Origin: Patescibacteria group bacterium | Lineage (GTDB): Bacteria; Patescibacteriota; JABMPQ01; JAQVVF01 | Assembly: GCA_041662665.1 (NCBI GenBank) | Contig: JBAZSC010000001.1 | Coordinates: forward strand, 193,511-257,510 | Direction of reading: 5' to 3' | Length of the DNA: 64,000 bases | Part shown: positions 47,087 to 57,057 of the stretch, in pieces | Numbering within the stretch: the first letter of the stretch is position 1 | Layout of the letters: each line of letters opens with the position of its first letter | Notes under the pieces: model-generated | The model's database searches: none | What the model saw: the letters and a program-made list of their open reading frames with translations, nothing else | Told to the model about the DNA's origin: nothing | Position numbers and translations under genes: made by a program

Positions 47087-47611
47087 ATGAAAAGAATAAC
47101 TGCCTTTTTGGTAATTGTCGGCTTATTTTTTAGCATTTCAAATTGTTTTGCAACAAAAATAAATTATCAAGATTCTGGTCTAGGAATCTCAATTTTGCTT
47201 CCCTCAACTTGGACTCTCACTTCCAGCAAGGGAAGCCGTTTTTTTTATGGTAAGAACATAATTCTATTTAGCATTCAAAAAGCTGGTGTTTCAACTTCTG
47301 AGATAAATAGTTGGAAGAAAAATCATCTGGGATTAGCAAACAGTTTTGCAATTGAGTATGCAAAAGGTTTTTCTCAAGGTGTTACATCTATACATCCAAC
47401 TAGAGTAAAGAACTATACAAAATTACCTTACAAAGCAGCAAAAGTTATCTACAAAGGACATTCAGGCAATACAAAAATTAAAACAGCCCAAATAATTATA
47501 ATAAAAAATAAAAAACTTTATCTATTAACAGGTTTTGCAAAATTAAAGAAATTCGATGAATCAAATACAAAATATTTTGCACCGGTTTTTCAATCATTCA
47601 GATTGTTATAA
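47087..47611 (+). CDS. Secreted hypothetical protein
   Basis: A signal peptide MKRITAFLVIVGLFFSISNCFA is present. The ORF is open from 47009. Confidence 0.45.
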   Translation: MKRITAFLVIVGLFFSISNCFATKINYQDSGLGISILLPSTWTLTSSKGSRFFYGKNIILFSIQKAGVSTSEINSWKKNHLGLANSFAIEYAKGFSQGVTSIHPTRVKNYTKLPYKAAKVIYKGHSGNTKIKTAQIIIIKNKKLYLLTGFAKLKKFDESNTKYFAPVFQSFRLL

Positions 47612-47626
47612 AAATAAAAAAATAGC

Positions 47627-48361
47627 ATGAACAATATTTCATTTCAATCCCAATATATTTTTAGTAAAAAAAGATTCTTTTATTTTTTGGCAATTATTGG
47701 AATGTTGATCTTTTCAGCCTACGCTTTCATTAATCTTTATCTAAAAGATTTTAGCACTGCAATCTTAGAATTCGTCTTTGTTGTGATGCTTTTAGCAGCA
47801 ATAATCTTAATTAATTTTCCAAAATATTGGAATACTGCATTATTTTTAGGCTCTTTAACTATTACATTCATTTCAATTCATAATTACTCAACAGGCGGAT
47901 TTGATTCTACAGGCTTGTACTGGGTTTATATGTTTCCACCAATTATCTTTATGGTTCAAGGTTATAAAAAAGGACTATATTGGTCAATCATCTTTTATGC
48001 AATTCTTTTAATTATCTTTTTCCTTCATCTTTCAAATGTTAGCTTGCCAAAATATTTTAGTTTCCCTTATTCAACATATACTTTGATAATTTTTTTAATT
48101 TCTTTAGCAATTATTCTTATCCTATTCTGCATTTATCAGCGTGAGCAAGAACGTTTCCAAAAATTATTAAATGTTCAAATAGAACAAAACAAAAAAGTAA
48201 GTGAAAACCTTAGAAAATCTCTTTTTGCGAGAGACGAAAGTTTTAAAAAAACTGAAGAAAAAACCAATGAACTAGAAACATTAAACAGTCTAATGATTGG
48301 CAGAGAGCTAAAAATAATAGAATTGAAAAACAAAATAAAAGAATTAGAAGAAAATAAATAA
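47627..48361 (+). CDS. Polytopic membrane sensor-like protein (5-6 TM) with a C-terminal coiled-coil ending in the LMIGRELKIIELK motif
   Basis: A hydrophobic core is followed by ...NELETLNSLMIGRELKIIELKNKIKELEENK. Confidence 0.5.
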   Translation: MNNISFQSQYIFSKKRFFYFLAIIGMLIFSAYAFINLYLKDFSTAILEFVFVVMLLAAIILINFPKYWNTALFLGSLTITFISIHNYSTGGFDSTGLYWVYMFPPIIFMVQGYKKGLYWSIIFYAILLIIFFLHLSNVSLPKYFSFPYSTYTLIIFLISLAIILILFCIYQREQERFQKLLNVQIEQNKKVSENLRKSLFARDESFKKTEEKTNELETLNSLMIGRELKIIELKNKIKELEENK

Positions 48362-48390
48362 AATAAGTTTTATATTTTCTAGAAAAAAAT

Positions 48391-51069
48391 ATGAGCATAA
48401 TACATAATGATACAATTTACCATCAAGCTTTTAACGCCAGTACTGATATTCTGGTTATCTTAGATTTAAAAGGAAATATCACTGATATAAATAATAGAAT
48501 ATTAAGTGTTGATGGCTATACAAAAGAAGAATTAATTGGAAAAAATATTGGATCTCTGGCAGGAATTTTTACTGTCAAAAGCGTTTCCATGATGCTTAAA
48601 AATTTTGCTTTAAGAATGTCTGGAGCTGAAGTTAAACCTTATCAAGTAGAAGCAATAACAAAAAAAGATAAACATATATTCTATGAAATTTGTGCATCAT
48701 CTATTATTGATGAAAACAAAAAAAGAGTTGGTGAAATTGTATCCCTTCATGAAATCACTGATCTCATAAAAAAAGAAAAGGAAATTAATATTTCCAAAGA
48801 ATACTACAAGACATTAATTGATACTGCACCTGATGGAGTGATTATCACTGATTCGAAAGGCAAAATTCAGGAAACTAACAAAAGGATTCTAGAGCAATTT
48901 GGTTATTTGAAAGAAGAATTAATTAATAATAATATTTGTTCTTTGATTTGTGAGTCAAACAGAAATACAAATATTTGTAATTATATTTTCGAAGATAAAA
49001 TTACGAGTCGAATCAAAATCAAATTTAATAGAAAAGACAATACAACTTTTATCGGCCAAGTAAGCTCCTCAAAAATCAGCTATTTGCGCGACGTTATCAT
49101 AATTACTATTCGCGATGTTACAAAAGAAGAAAATATGGAGGTTTCGCTTTATTCATTGAATCGCGCCTTAAAAGCTATTTCAAGTTGTAATCTGGCTTTA
49201 TTAAAAGAAAAAGATGAACGGAAATTACTTAAAACCATCTGCAAAATAATTTGCGAACAAGCAGGCTATCGTCTCGCATGGGTAGGATATGCCGAAAATG
49301 ATAAGGAAAAAACTATACGTCCAGTAGCTTGGGCAGGGTTTGAAAGCGAATATATTGAAAATGCTAAACTCAGCTGGTCGGAAAAAGCAGAACGTGGTCG
49401 CGGACCTGCTGGCATTGCTATCCGCAGTGGAGAAACTGTCTATGTCCAAGATTTTGAAATTGACAAGCTTATGACTCCATGGCGAAAAGCTGCATTACAA
49501 CGCGGATATCGATCTGGTATTGCTATTCCATTAAAGAACGGAAAAGAAAAAGTATTTGGCGCTCTTTTAATATATTCAACGAAAGCATATGCTATTAATC
49601 CCGAAGAAATTAAATTAATGGAAGAGCTATCTCGTGATATGTCATTTGGCATAAGTGTCCTTCGTATTCGCGCAGAGCGCGAAAAGAATATCTTGTCCGT
49701 TATTGAAAGCCGAAAAAGATATTCAAAACTTTTCGAGAGTATTAAAAACGCTGTTGCAATTTATACTGTAAAAAATAATGGACAAGATGTAATAATCAAA
49801 AGTTTAAATCCAGCAGCTGAAAAAATTGAAAAAATTAAAAAAGAAGAAGCTATTGGCAAAGATGTAACAAATGTTTTTCCAGGCGTTGAAAAATTTGGCA
49901 TACTTGAAGTTTTTAAAAGAGTATGGAAAACAGGTAAGCCCGAACATTTTCCATTAGGTCAGTATAAGGATAAGAGAATTATTGGTTGGCGAGATAATTA
50001 TATCTACAAAATAAGTAATGATGAAATTGTTGCCGTCTATGAAGACAAAACAAAAGAAAAACAAGATGAAGAAAAATTGAAGAATCAATCCAAATTTCTT
50101 CAAGAATTAATAAATCAATCTCCGTTACCAACTTTTATTCTCGATTCTTTGGGAAAATATGTTATGGCAAATAAAGCAATGCTGCAACTTTATCAAATTC
50201 CTTCCAAAGCAACAATTTATAGGACAGATTTTTTCAAGAATCCTACTAATATCAAACAAGGCACAATAAAATATGTCAAAGAAGCATTGCAAGGAAAAAT
50301 TGTCGAGACTCCGCCAATCGAATTTATTTCTGCTGATAAAGTAAAAACTATTACCAAAAGCAAAATTTTTCCAATTTTCAATACGGAAGGCAAGGTTACA
50401 AATATTGTAATTATTCAACAAGATGTTAGCAGTTTTGTAAAAAAAGAAGAAAAATTAGGAAAAATTAATGATCTTTTTGCGCAAATTTTAAGAACAGAAA
50501 AAATGCAACAGGTTTATGATCTAATTCAAAATTTTGCTGTAAGTTATTTGCAATCAGAATTCGGTTTTATTGGTATTAAGACAGAAGAAGATTGGATGCA
50601 AATCGTATCAATTAGTCGTCCAGGTTGGGAAAAATGCAATATGAAAGTCAAAGATATGATTTTCAAAGATTTAAAAAATACTTTTGGTGCAATTATTACG
50701 GAAGGCAAACCGATTCTATCAAACAATCCGCTTAAACATCCAAAAAGCAAAGGCAAATTACCACAAGGTCATCCGCCTATATCAAGCTTTTTAGGAGTGC
50801 CAATCAATATTGCAGGTAAAACAATTGGAAATATCTGTGTCGCCAACAAAAAAGGTGGTTACAAAGATTATGATTTGCAATTGCTTGAAAATTTAAGCTT
50901 CAATATCGGTGGCCTTTTGGAGTTATACAAAACTCGAGACAGTCTCGATACACGAAACAAAGAACTGGAAAGATTCAATAACCTTATGATAGGTAGAGAA
51001 TTAAAAATGATTGAACTAAAAGAAAAAATAAAAAAAATGGAAAAAGAACAGCAAGGAAGAATAATCTGA
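48391..51069 (+). CDS. Cytoplasmic multi-sensor protein: PAS-PAS-GAF-PAS-PAS-GAF with no recognisable output domain, ending in a coiled-coil with the LMIGRELKMIELK motif
   Basis: PAS-like segments (ILVILDLKGNITDINNRIL, IITDSKGKIQETNKRILEQFGY) and GAF-like segments are present. No H-box or ATPase motifs. The C-terminus is ...LERFNNLMIGRELKMIELKEKIKKMEKEQQ. Confidence 0.6.
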   Translation: MSIIHNDTIYHQAFNASTDILVILDLKGNITDINNRILSVDGYTKEELIGKNIGSLAGIFTVKSVSMMLKNFALRMSGAEVKPYQVEAITKKDKHIFYEICASSIIDENKKRVGEIVSLHEITDLIKKEKEINISKEYYKTLIDTAPDGVIITDSKGKIQETNKRILEQFGYLKEELINNNICSLICESNRNTNICNYIFEDKITSRIKIKFNRKDNTTFIGQVSSSKISYLRDVIIITIRDVTKEENMEVSLYSLNRALKAISSCNLALLKEKDERKLLKTICKIICEQAGYRLAWVGYAENDKEKTIRPVAWAGFESEYIENAKLSWSEKAERGRGPAGIAIRSGETVYVQDFEIDKLMTPWRKAALQRGYRSGIAIPLKNGKEKVFGALLIYSTKAYAINPEEIKLMEELSRDMSFGISVLRIRAEREKNILSVIESRKRYSKLFESIKNAVAIYTVKNNGQDVIIKSLNPAAEKIEKIKKEEAIGKDVTNVFPGVEKFGILEVFKRVWKTGKPEHFPLGQYKDKRIIGWRDNYIYKISNDEIVAVYEDKTKEKQDEEKLKNQSKFLQELINQSPLPTFILDSLGKYVMANKAMLQLYQIPSKATIYRTDFFKNPTNIKQGTIKYVKEALQGKIVETPPIEFISADKVKTITKSKIFPIFNTEGKVTNIVIIQQDVSSFVKKEEKLGKINDLFAQILRTEKMQQVYDLIQNFAVSYLQSEFGFIGIKTEEDWMQIVSISRPGWEKCNMKVKDMIFKDLKNTFGAIITEGKPILSNNPLKHPKSKGKLPQGHPPISSFLGVPINIAGKTIGNICVANKKGGYKDYDLQLLENLSFNIGGLLELYKTRDSLDTRNKELERFNNLMIGRELKMIELKEKIKKMEKEQQGRII

Positions 51070-51102
51070 GGGCAATAGCAATATTATAATTAATCTAAAA
51101 AA

Positions 51103-51192
51103 ATGAATAAAGTGATGCTAGATCGAGAAGTAAAAATGGCGGAATTAAAGGAAGAAATAAAAGAATTAGAACAAGAAAATGAAAAAAAGTAA
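51103..51192 (+). CDS. Micro-ORF (29 aa) MNKVMLDREVKMAELKEEIKELEQENEKK, carrying the same coiled-coil motif
   Basis: It is not in the ORF track because it is under 60 aa. The motif RE[LV]KM[IA]ELKEEIKELE parallels the C-termini of the two preceding proteins. Confidence 0.3.
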   Translation: MNKVMLDREVKMAELKEEIKELEQENEKK

Positions 51193-52171
51193 CATTATCA
51201 TAATTATCATCGTCGCAATTTTAGTAATCGCAATAGCAGTTGCCAGTTATTTTATTTTTCTAAAACCGAAAGAATCAAAAACAGCCAAAATAGCTTTTGA
51301 TAACTTCGTTGGTCATGCTCAAATCTATGTCGCTTTGGAAAAAGGATACTTCAAAGAAAACGGTGTAAATGTTGAGCCAGTTTTAACAAAAAGTTATCAA
51401 GAGGCTCAAAATCTTTTTATTGATAACAAGGTTGATGGAGTTTTTGAAGTTTTTTCTGATACAGTTCTAAACAGCATTAAAAACTATATTCCTTCAGAAG
51501 TTGTCTTCGTTAATGACGCTTCGATTTCTGCAGATGTCATTATCGCAAAGCCTGATATAAATTCTCTTTCTGATTTAAAAGGCAAGACAATTGGCGTCGA
51601 TGGCATAAATACTTTTTCTCACATTTTTGTGTTATCAGCATTAGAAAAAAATGGATTGCTCGAGAAAGATATTTTCCTGAAAAATATTTCTGCTCCAAAC
51701 GTATTATCAGCTCTCGAAAGCGGAGAGGTTGATGCTGTTCATACCTGGGATCCTATAAAATCTCAAGCTGTAACAAAAGGATATAAAGTAATTGCTCAAG
51801 CCGGAGATACGCCAAATTTAATTACTGATGTGCTTTCTTTTAATGATCAATTTGTAAAAAATAATCCTAAGACAGTACAGGCAATTGTTAAAGCAATGCT
51901 ACAAGCCGAAGAATATACATCACAAAACAAAGAAGAAGCAGCAAAGATCATGGCCAAAGCCGAAGGTACAACAGAACAGGAAATGTTTCAAGGACTTTCT
52001 GGTCTCAATCAATTTAATAAACAAGAAAACATACGACTAATGACTGACAATAATCAAGCTGATTCGCTTTTTACAATTGGTAGAGAAATAATCAACTTTT
52101 ATCAAAATCGCGGAGAAACAGGTCATGTTCCTGATCTCACTCAGATTATTAATCCAAGTTTTTTAAAATAA
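51179..52171 (+). CDS. NMT1/SsuA-like periplasmic substrate-binding protein (membrane-anchored)
   Basis: A signal/anchor is followed by an SBP fold (AKIAFDNFVGHAQIYVALEKGYFKENG...). It is positioned as a sensor partner upstream of the histidine kinase. Confidence 0.55.
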   Translation: MKKSNIIIIIIVAILVIAIAVASYFIFLKPKESKTAKIAFDNFVGHAQIYVALEKGYFKENGVNVEPVLTKSYQEAQNLFIDNKVDGVFEVFSDTVLNSIKNYIPSEVVFVNDASISADVIIAKPDINSLSDLKGKTIGVDGINTFSHIFVLSALEKNGLLEKDIFLKNISAPNVLSALESGEVDAVHTWDPIKSQAVTKGYKVIAQAGDTPNLITDVLSFNDQFVKNNPKTVQAIVKAMLQAEEYTSQNKEEAAKIMAKAEGTTEQEMFQGLSGLNQFNKQENIRLMTDNNQADSLFTIGREIINFYQNRGETGHVPDLTQIINPSFLK

Positions 52172-52177
52172 TCAAAA

Positions 52178-54487
52178 ATGAAAATTAGATCAAAAATTAT
52201 TTTAGCTGTCGGTATTGTAACAGTTTCAATTGTATTAACATACTCAATTTTTTCGATTTTGATAACTAATTCAAGAGTAAGTCGAGAAGTAAAAAGACAG
52301 TTGACTGAAATTGCTGTGGAAAAAATTGATACCTTAGATCGTTTTATGTCAGAAAGGCTATCGGATATTAATATTATTGTTAACGATCCAATGATGAGGT
52401 CAGAGTTGACTTCTTTAGAAGAAAGAATGTTTTACCTGCGCGATTATGAAAAGTACAGCAAGCGTTACGTGTCTATGTCGATTTATGATAATTCCGGTAT
52501 TAAAATTGGTGATACCAGAAGTGTTGGAATCGGTGACAATGAATCGCAAAAAGATTTCGTAAAAAAAGCACTCAATGGGGAGGTTTATTTTGATCCATAT
52601 CCAATTTATTCTGAATACATAAATACCTACACATTCCATTTCTCTGGACCGTTAGTTGATTCATCCGGAAATATTTTTGGTGCTGTTGTCACTCGTTTTC
52701 CTACAACTAAAATCAATGATTTGCTTGCTGTAAACAGCCAGAATCCAGAAACAAATTTTTCCGCAGATTTAATTACTAAAGATGGAATTATAATTTATTC
52801 TAATTACAAACGTGAATCAATCAATAAGCAATTTAGCGATAATTTAAAAGCATTAGATCAATTAAAAAATGATTCAAGCCTCGAAATAGCTACATCAACT
52901 GAAAAAAAGTATGAAGATAAAAATCAAATTTTTGTAGCAGTCAAAGAAAAAGGTTTTTTAGATTATCCTGGTCAAGGTTGGATATTGCTATTGCATTGGG
53001 ACACTTCTGAATTATTGGGCTCTTTATTGAGGAGCATTATTTTAGAGTATGCTTCAATTTCACTTTTTTTCATAATTATTTTATATCCTATCGTCAGATT
53101 TTATGCTAACAGCTTTTCAAAACCTATCCTTGAACTAAATGAAGCAACTAAATATGTTCAAAAAAGAGATTTTGACCATCCAGTAAATATTAAAACAAAA
53201 GACGAAATCGGAATTTTTGGTCAAACTTTTAATTCAATGTTAAGGCAATTAAAGCCATTATATTCAGAAATGGAAAACATGATCAAATCAAAAACAAAAG
53301 AATTATCTGGAAAAGTAGCGCTAATTGAAGAGAAGAATACAGATTTAGTAAATACTAAAAAAGCTACGCTTAATCTTCTAGAGGATATTCAAAATGAGAA
53401 AAACAGCAGCGAGGCAGAAAAAAATAAGATCGAAATTATCTTGAAAAGCATTGGCGATGGAGTATTTGTCATTGATGAGCAAGAAAAAATAATACTTTTT
53501 AATAAAACAGCCGAAGAAATTTCTGGCTTTACTGAACAAGAAGCTTTGGGCAAGCCATACAAAGAAATTTTAAAATTTATCAACGAAAAGAATGGTCATA
53601 TTAATGATGATTTTGTTAAGAACGCATTAAAAAGTGGCTATCTTCAATCTATGTCAAATCACACTATTCTTTATAAAAAGAAAGGCAAAAAAATTCCCGT
53701 TGCTGATAGTTCTGCTCCATTAAAATCAAAAGAAGGAAAAATTATTGGTTGCGTTGTTGTATTCAGAGATGTTACAAGAGAAAGAGAAATAGATAGAATG
53801 AAATCAGAATTTGTTTCTGTTGCTTCTCATCAGCTTAGGACGCCATTGACTTCAATCAAGTGGCTGTTAGAAATGATGCTTGAAGGCGATGTCGGCAAAA
53901 TAACTAAAAAGCAAGAAAAACATCTCAAAGATGTTTTCGCTTCTAACGAAAGAATGATCACCTTAGTCAATGATTTATTGAATGTTTCACGTATTGAAGC
54001 TGGTAAAATAAAAATTGAACCTAAAGAAGTCCAAATTGAAGATGTTTTGTCTCAAATCGTTGAATCATTAAAACCGATGTCACAAAAAAAGAATATAACA
54101 ATGCTCTGCCATCATCCAGAACCAAAATTACCGAAACTTTTTATTGATCCTACAAGAATTGGTGAGGCATTCAAAAATTTAATTAGTAATGCCATAAAAT
54201 ATACTAATGATGGCGGGAAAATAGAATTATCATGCAAAAAAATGGATCATATGGTAGAATTTGCTATTAAAGATAATGGAGTTGGAATTCCAAAAGATCA
54301 GCAAAAAAGAGTCTTTGAAAAATTCTTTAGAGCTGATAATATAATAAGGATGCAGACTGAAGGTACTGGTTTGGGTTTGTATATCACGAAATCAATTATT
54401 GAATCATCAGGTGGAAAAATTAGATTTGAATCGCAAGAAGGAAAGGGAACTACTTTTTATTTTACATTGCCAATCAAAAAAACTTAA
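52178..54487 (+). CDS. Sensor histidine kinase (extracytoplasmic Cache-like domain, HAMP, PAS, HisKA, HATPase_c)
   Basis: Two TM helices bracket a ~250-aa sensor domain. The H-box is SHQLRTPLTSI, and the N, G1 and G2 boxes are present (NAIKYTNDGG, GTGLGL). Confidence 0.8.
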   Translation: MKIRSKIILAVGIVTVSIVLTYSIFSILITNSRVSREVKRQLTEIAVEKIDTLDRFMSERLSDINIIVNDPMMRSELTSLEERMFYLRDYEKYSKRYVSMSIYDNSGIKIGDTRSVGIGDNESQKDFVKKALNGEVYFDPYPIYSEYINTYTFHFSGPLVDSSGNIFGAVVTRFPTTKINDLLAVNSQNPETNFSADLITKDGIIIYSNYKRESINKQFSDNLKALDQLKNDSSLEIATSTEKKYEDKNQIFVAVKEKGFLDYPGQGWILLLHWDTSELLGSLLRSIILEYASISLFFIIILYPIVRFYANSFSKPILELNEATKYVQKRDFDHPVNIKTKDEIGIFGQTFNSMLRQLKPLYSEMENMIKSKTKELSGKVALIEEKNTDLVNTKKATLNLLEDIQNEKNSSEAEKNKIEIILKSIGDGVFVIDEQEKIILFNKTAEEISGFTEQEALGKPYKEILKFINEKNGHINDDFVKNALKSGYLQSMSNHTILYKKKGKKIPVADSSAPLKSKEGKIIGCVVVFRDVTREREIDRMKSEFVSVASHQLRTPLTSIKWLLEMMLEGDVGKITKKQEKHLKDVFASNERMITLVNDLLNVSRIEAGKIKIEPKEVQIEDVLSQIVESLKPMSQKKNITMLCHHPEPKLPKLFIDPTRIGEAFKNLISNAIKYTNDGGKIELSCKKMDHMVEFAIKDNGVGIPKDQQKRVFEKFFRADNIIRMQTEGTGLGLYITKSIIESSGGKIRFESQEGKGTTFYFTLPIKKT

Positions 54488-54561
54488 AATTTCAAACTAA
54501 AAAGTAAAACAACAATTTAAAACCCAAATAACTTTCGTTGATTATTTTTAATTTTAAATAC

Positions 54562-54939
54562 ATGGAAAAAAGCAAAATTTTAATTGTGGAGGACGATCAA
54601 TTTTTAGTAAAAATTTATCAAACAAAATTAGAAAGTGAAGGATTTGATATTGAACTAGCATTAGATGGAGAAGAAGGAATTAAAAAAGCAGCAAAATTTA
54701 TGCCTGAATTAATTCTTCTTGATTTAATTTTGCCGAAAATGAATGGCTTCGAAGTTTTGAAAAAATTAAAATCAGAAGAAAAAACTAAGAATATTCCAGT
54801 TATAATTTTATCCAATCTCGGCCAAGAGAGCGATGTCAAGCAAGGCAAAGAATTAGGAGCAGCTGATTATCTTGTTAAGTCAGATCATTCAATAAATGAG
54901 ATAATTGATAAAATTAAAAAAGAACTCGAAAAGAAATAA
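54562..54939 (+). CDS. Single-domain response regulator (CheY-like receiver)
   Basis: KILIVEDD...LDLILPKMNGFEV...K is present. The ORF is open from 54538. Confidence 0.75.
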   Translation: MEKSKILIVEDDQFLVKIYQTKLESEGFDIELALDGEEGIKKAAKFMPELILLDLILPKMNGFEVLKKLKSEEKTKNIPVIILSNLGQESDVKQGKELGAADYLVKSDHSINEIIDKIKKELEKK

Positions 54940-54948
54940 TTATTTTTT

Positions 54949-56634
54949 ATGCAACCAGAAAAATTAAAAGAACTGCTTGTAGATAGTAAACTTATTAAGG
55001 AGGATGATTTCAATAACGCTTTAAAAGAAGCGCAACAAAGCAACCAATCTCTTGAAAATATGCTTGTTGAAAAAAATTTAATTTCCGATGAAAATCTTGG
55101 CCAGCTTATTGCAAATGACCTAGGTTTTAAATTTGTTAATTTAAAACGTGAAGGTATAGACCAAAATATTTTTTCTATAATTCCTCAAATTGTTGCCAAA
55201 AATCAGAATGCAATTGCATTTGGAAAAGATAACAATGGTATTAAGATTGCCATGAATGATCCAAAGAATTTAGATTTTATTAGCCTGATGGAGAAAAAAA
55301 CTGGTGAAAAAGTAATACCTTATTATGCATCCAAAAGAGATATTTCAATGGCTTTAGATCTATACAATAAAGGTTTGGAACAGAAATATGAAGAATTAAT
55401 AAAAAAAGATATTGCTCAAATAAAAAAACCAGAAGCTGAAGAAGTGCCAATTGTAAAATTAATTGATACCTTGATTGAATATGCTTATCAAAATCGGGCT
55501 TCAGATATTCACATTGAGCCTTTGAAAGAAAGTATCATTGTTAGATTTAGAATTGATGGAGTCTTGCATAAAGTTTTAGAATTGCCTAAAAATCTTTTAG
55601 AAGCTTTGATTTCTCGTCTAAAAATATTGGCTAAGCTTCGAACTGATGATCATTTTTCTGCACAAGACGGAAAAATCGTTCAAAAGATTAATGGCAATGA
55701 TATTGATATTAGAATTTCTATTATTCCAATCACTAATGGTGAAAACGCTGTTTTGAGAATTCTATCAGAACGCGCTCGACAATACACATTAGAAAATTTA
55801 GGTTTGCAGGGAAATGATTTAGATAAAATCCAAAATGCCATCAAAAAACCTTGGGGCATGATTCTGGCAACTGGTCCAACAGGTTGTGGAAAAACGACAA
55901 CTCTTTATTCAATCTTAAAAATTTTGAATACCACAAAAGTCAATATCGCCACAATTGAAGATCCAGTTGAATATGATATTGAAGGCGTTAATCAAATTCA
56001 AGTAAATCCGCGTACTAATCTGACTTTTGCCAAAGGTCTCAAATCAATAGTCCGCCAAGATCCAGATATTATTATGGTTGGAGAAATTAGAGATGAAGAG
56101 ACAGCCGGTATTGCTATCAATTCTGCCATGACTGGCCATTTAGTTTTATCAACTTTGCATACTAATGATGCAGCTACAACCTTGCCTAGATTGATTGATA
56201 TGAAAGTTGAGCCTTTCTTAGTTTCTTCAACAATCAACATCATAATTGCTCAACGTTTAGTTCGCAAAATTTGTGAAAAATGTCGTGCAAGTGAAATAAT
56301 TCCTCAAGAAAAAATTGATATTCTTAAAAAACAGTTAGATCCAAGAATTCAGCAACTTATTGACAAATACGTTGTTGATCATGAATTAACAGTTTACAAA
56401 AGCAAAGGTTGCACTGCTTGTCAAAATACTGGCTATTCTGGTCGTATTGGAATTTTCGAAGTTATGGAAATCAAAGAAAATATCAAAGAGCTAATCATGA
56501 AAAAAGCCAATGCTCAAGAAATCGAAGATCAAGCAATCAAAAATGGCATGACTACAATGGTTGAAGATGGTTTAAAAAAAGTTTCCTCTGGAGTTACTAC
56601 GCTAGATGAAGTCTTGAGAGTTACAAAAGAATAA
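54949..56634 (+). CDS. pilB: Type IV pilus assembly ATPase PilB (GspE family, with an N-terminal GSPII domain)
   Basis: Walker A GPTGCGKTTT, Asp/His boxes and a tetracysteine motif (CEKC...CTAC) are present. Length is 561 aa. Confidence 0.85.
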   Translation: MQPEKLKELLVDSKLIKEDDFNNALKEAQQSNQSLENMLVEKNLISDENLGQLIANDLGFKFVNLKREGIDQNIFSIIPQIVAKNQNAIAFGKDNNGIKIAMNDPKNLDFISLMEKKTGEKVIPYYASKRDISMALDLYNKGLEQKYEELIKKDIAQIKKPEAEEVPIVKLIDTLIEYAYQNRASDIHIEPLKESIIVRFRIDGVLHKVLELPKNLLEALISRLKILAKLRTDDHFSAQDGKIVQKINGNDIDIRISIIPITNGENAVLRILSERARQYTLENLGLQGNDLDKIQNAIKKPWGMILATGPTGCGKTTTLYSILKILNTTKVNIATIEDPVEYDIEGVNQIQVNPRTNLTFAKGLKSIVRQDPDIIMVGEIRDEETAGIAINSAMTGHLVLSTLHTNDAATTLPRLIDMKVEPFLVSSTINIIIAQRLVRKICEKCRASEIIPQEKIDILKKQLDPRIQQLIDKYVVDHELTVYKSKGCTACQNTGYSGRIGIFEVMEIKENIKELIMKKANAQEIEDQAIKNGMTTMVEDGLKKVSSGVTTLDEVLRVTKE

Positions 56635-56667
56635 AAAGTCGCTTTGACTTTTTTACTAAATATAGAT

Positions 56668-57057
56668 ATGTTAAAAAAAATTTTAATTGCCGAAGATGAA
56701 TCAACAATGCAAAATGTTTTAAAAAGCAAAGTTGAAGAATTAGGGTACGAAGTTATCCAAGCATATGACGGAGAAGAAACTTTGGAAAAAGTAAAAACAG
56801 AAAAGCCAGATTTAATATTGTTAGATATTATCATGCCAAAAAAATCAGGTTTTGATGTTTTAAAAGAATTAAAAATAAAACAAAGATCAGAAATTCCAGT
56901 CATTATTTTAACTAATCTCGGACAAGAAAGCGATATTAAAACTGGCAAAGAATTAGGTGCGCTTGACTACATTTTGAAAGCTAATGTTTCTTTGCAAGAT
57001 TTAATGTCAAAAATTAGCAATTATTTAGAAAAAAACAAAAATGGCAAGAAAATTTAA
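56668..57057 (+). CDS. Single-domain response regulator embedded between pilB and pilC
   Basis: KILIAEDE...LDIIMPKKSGFDV...K receiver motifs are present. The ORF is open from 56644. Confidence 0.7.
   Translation: MLKKILIAEDESTMQNVLKSKVEELGYEVIQAYDGEETLEKVKTEKPDLILLDIIMPKKSGFDVLKELKIKQRSEIPVIILTNLGQESDIKTGKELGALDYILKANVSLQDLMSKISNYLEKNKNGKKI

Noticed and set aside
57041-57057. Overlap of the response-regulator and pilC reading frames as a possible programmed frameshift
   Set aside because: A 17-nt overlap with a clean ATG for pilC is ordinary translational coupling.
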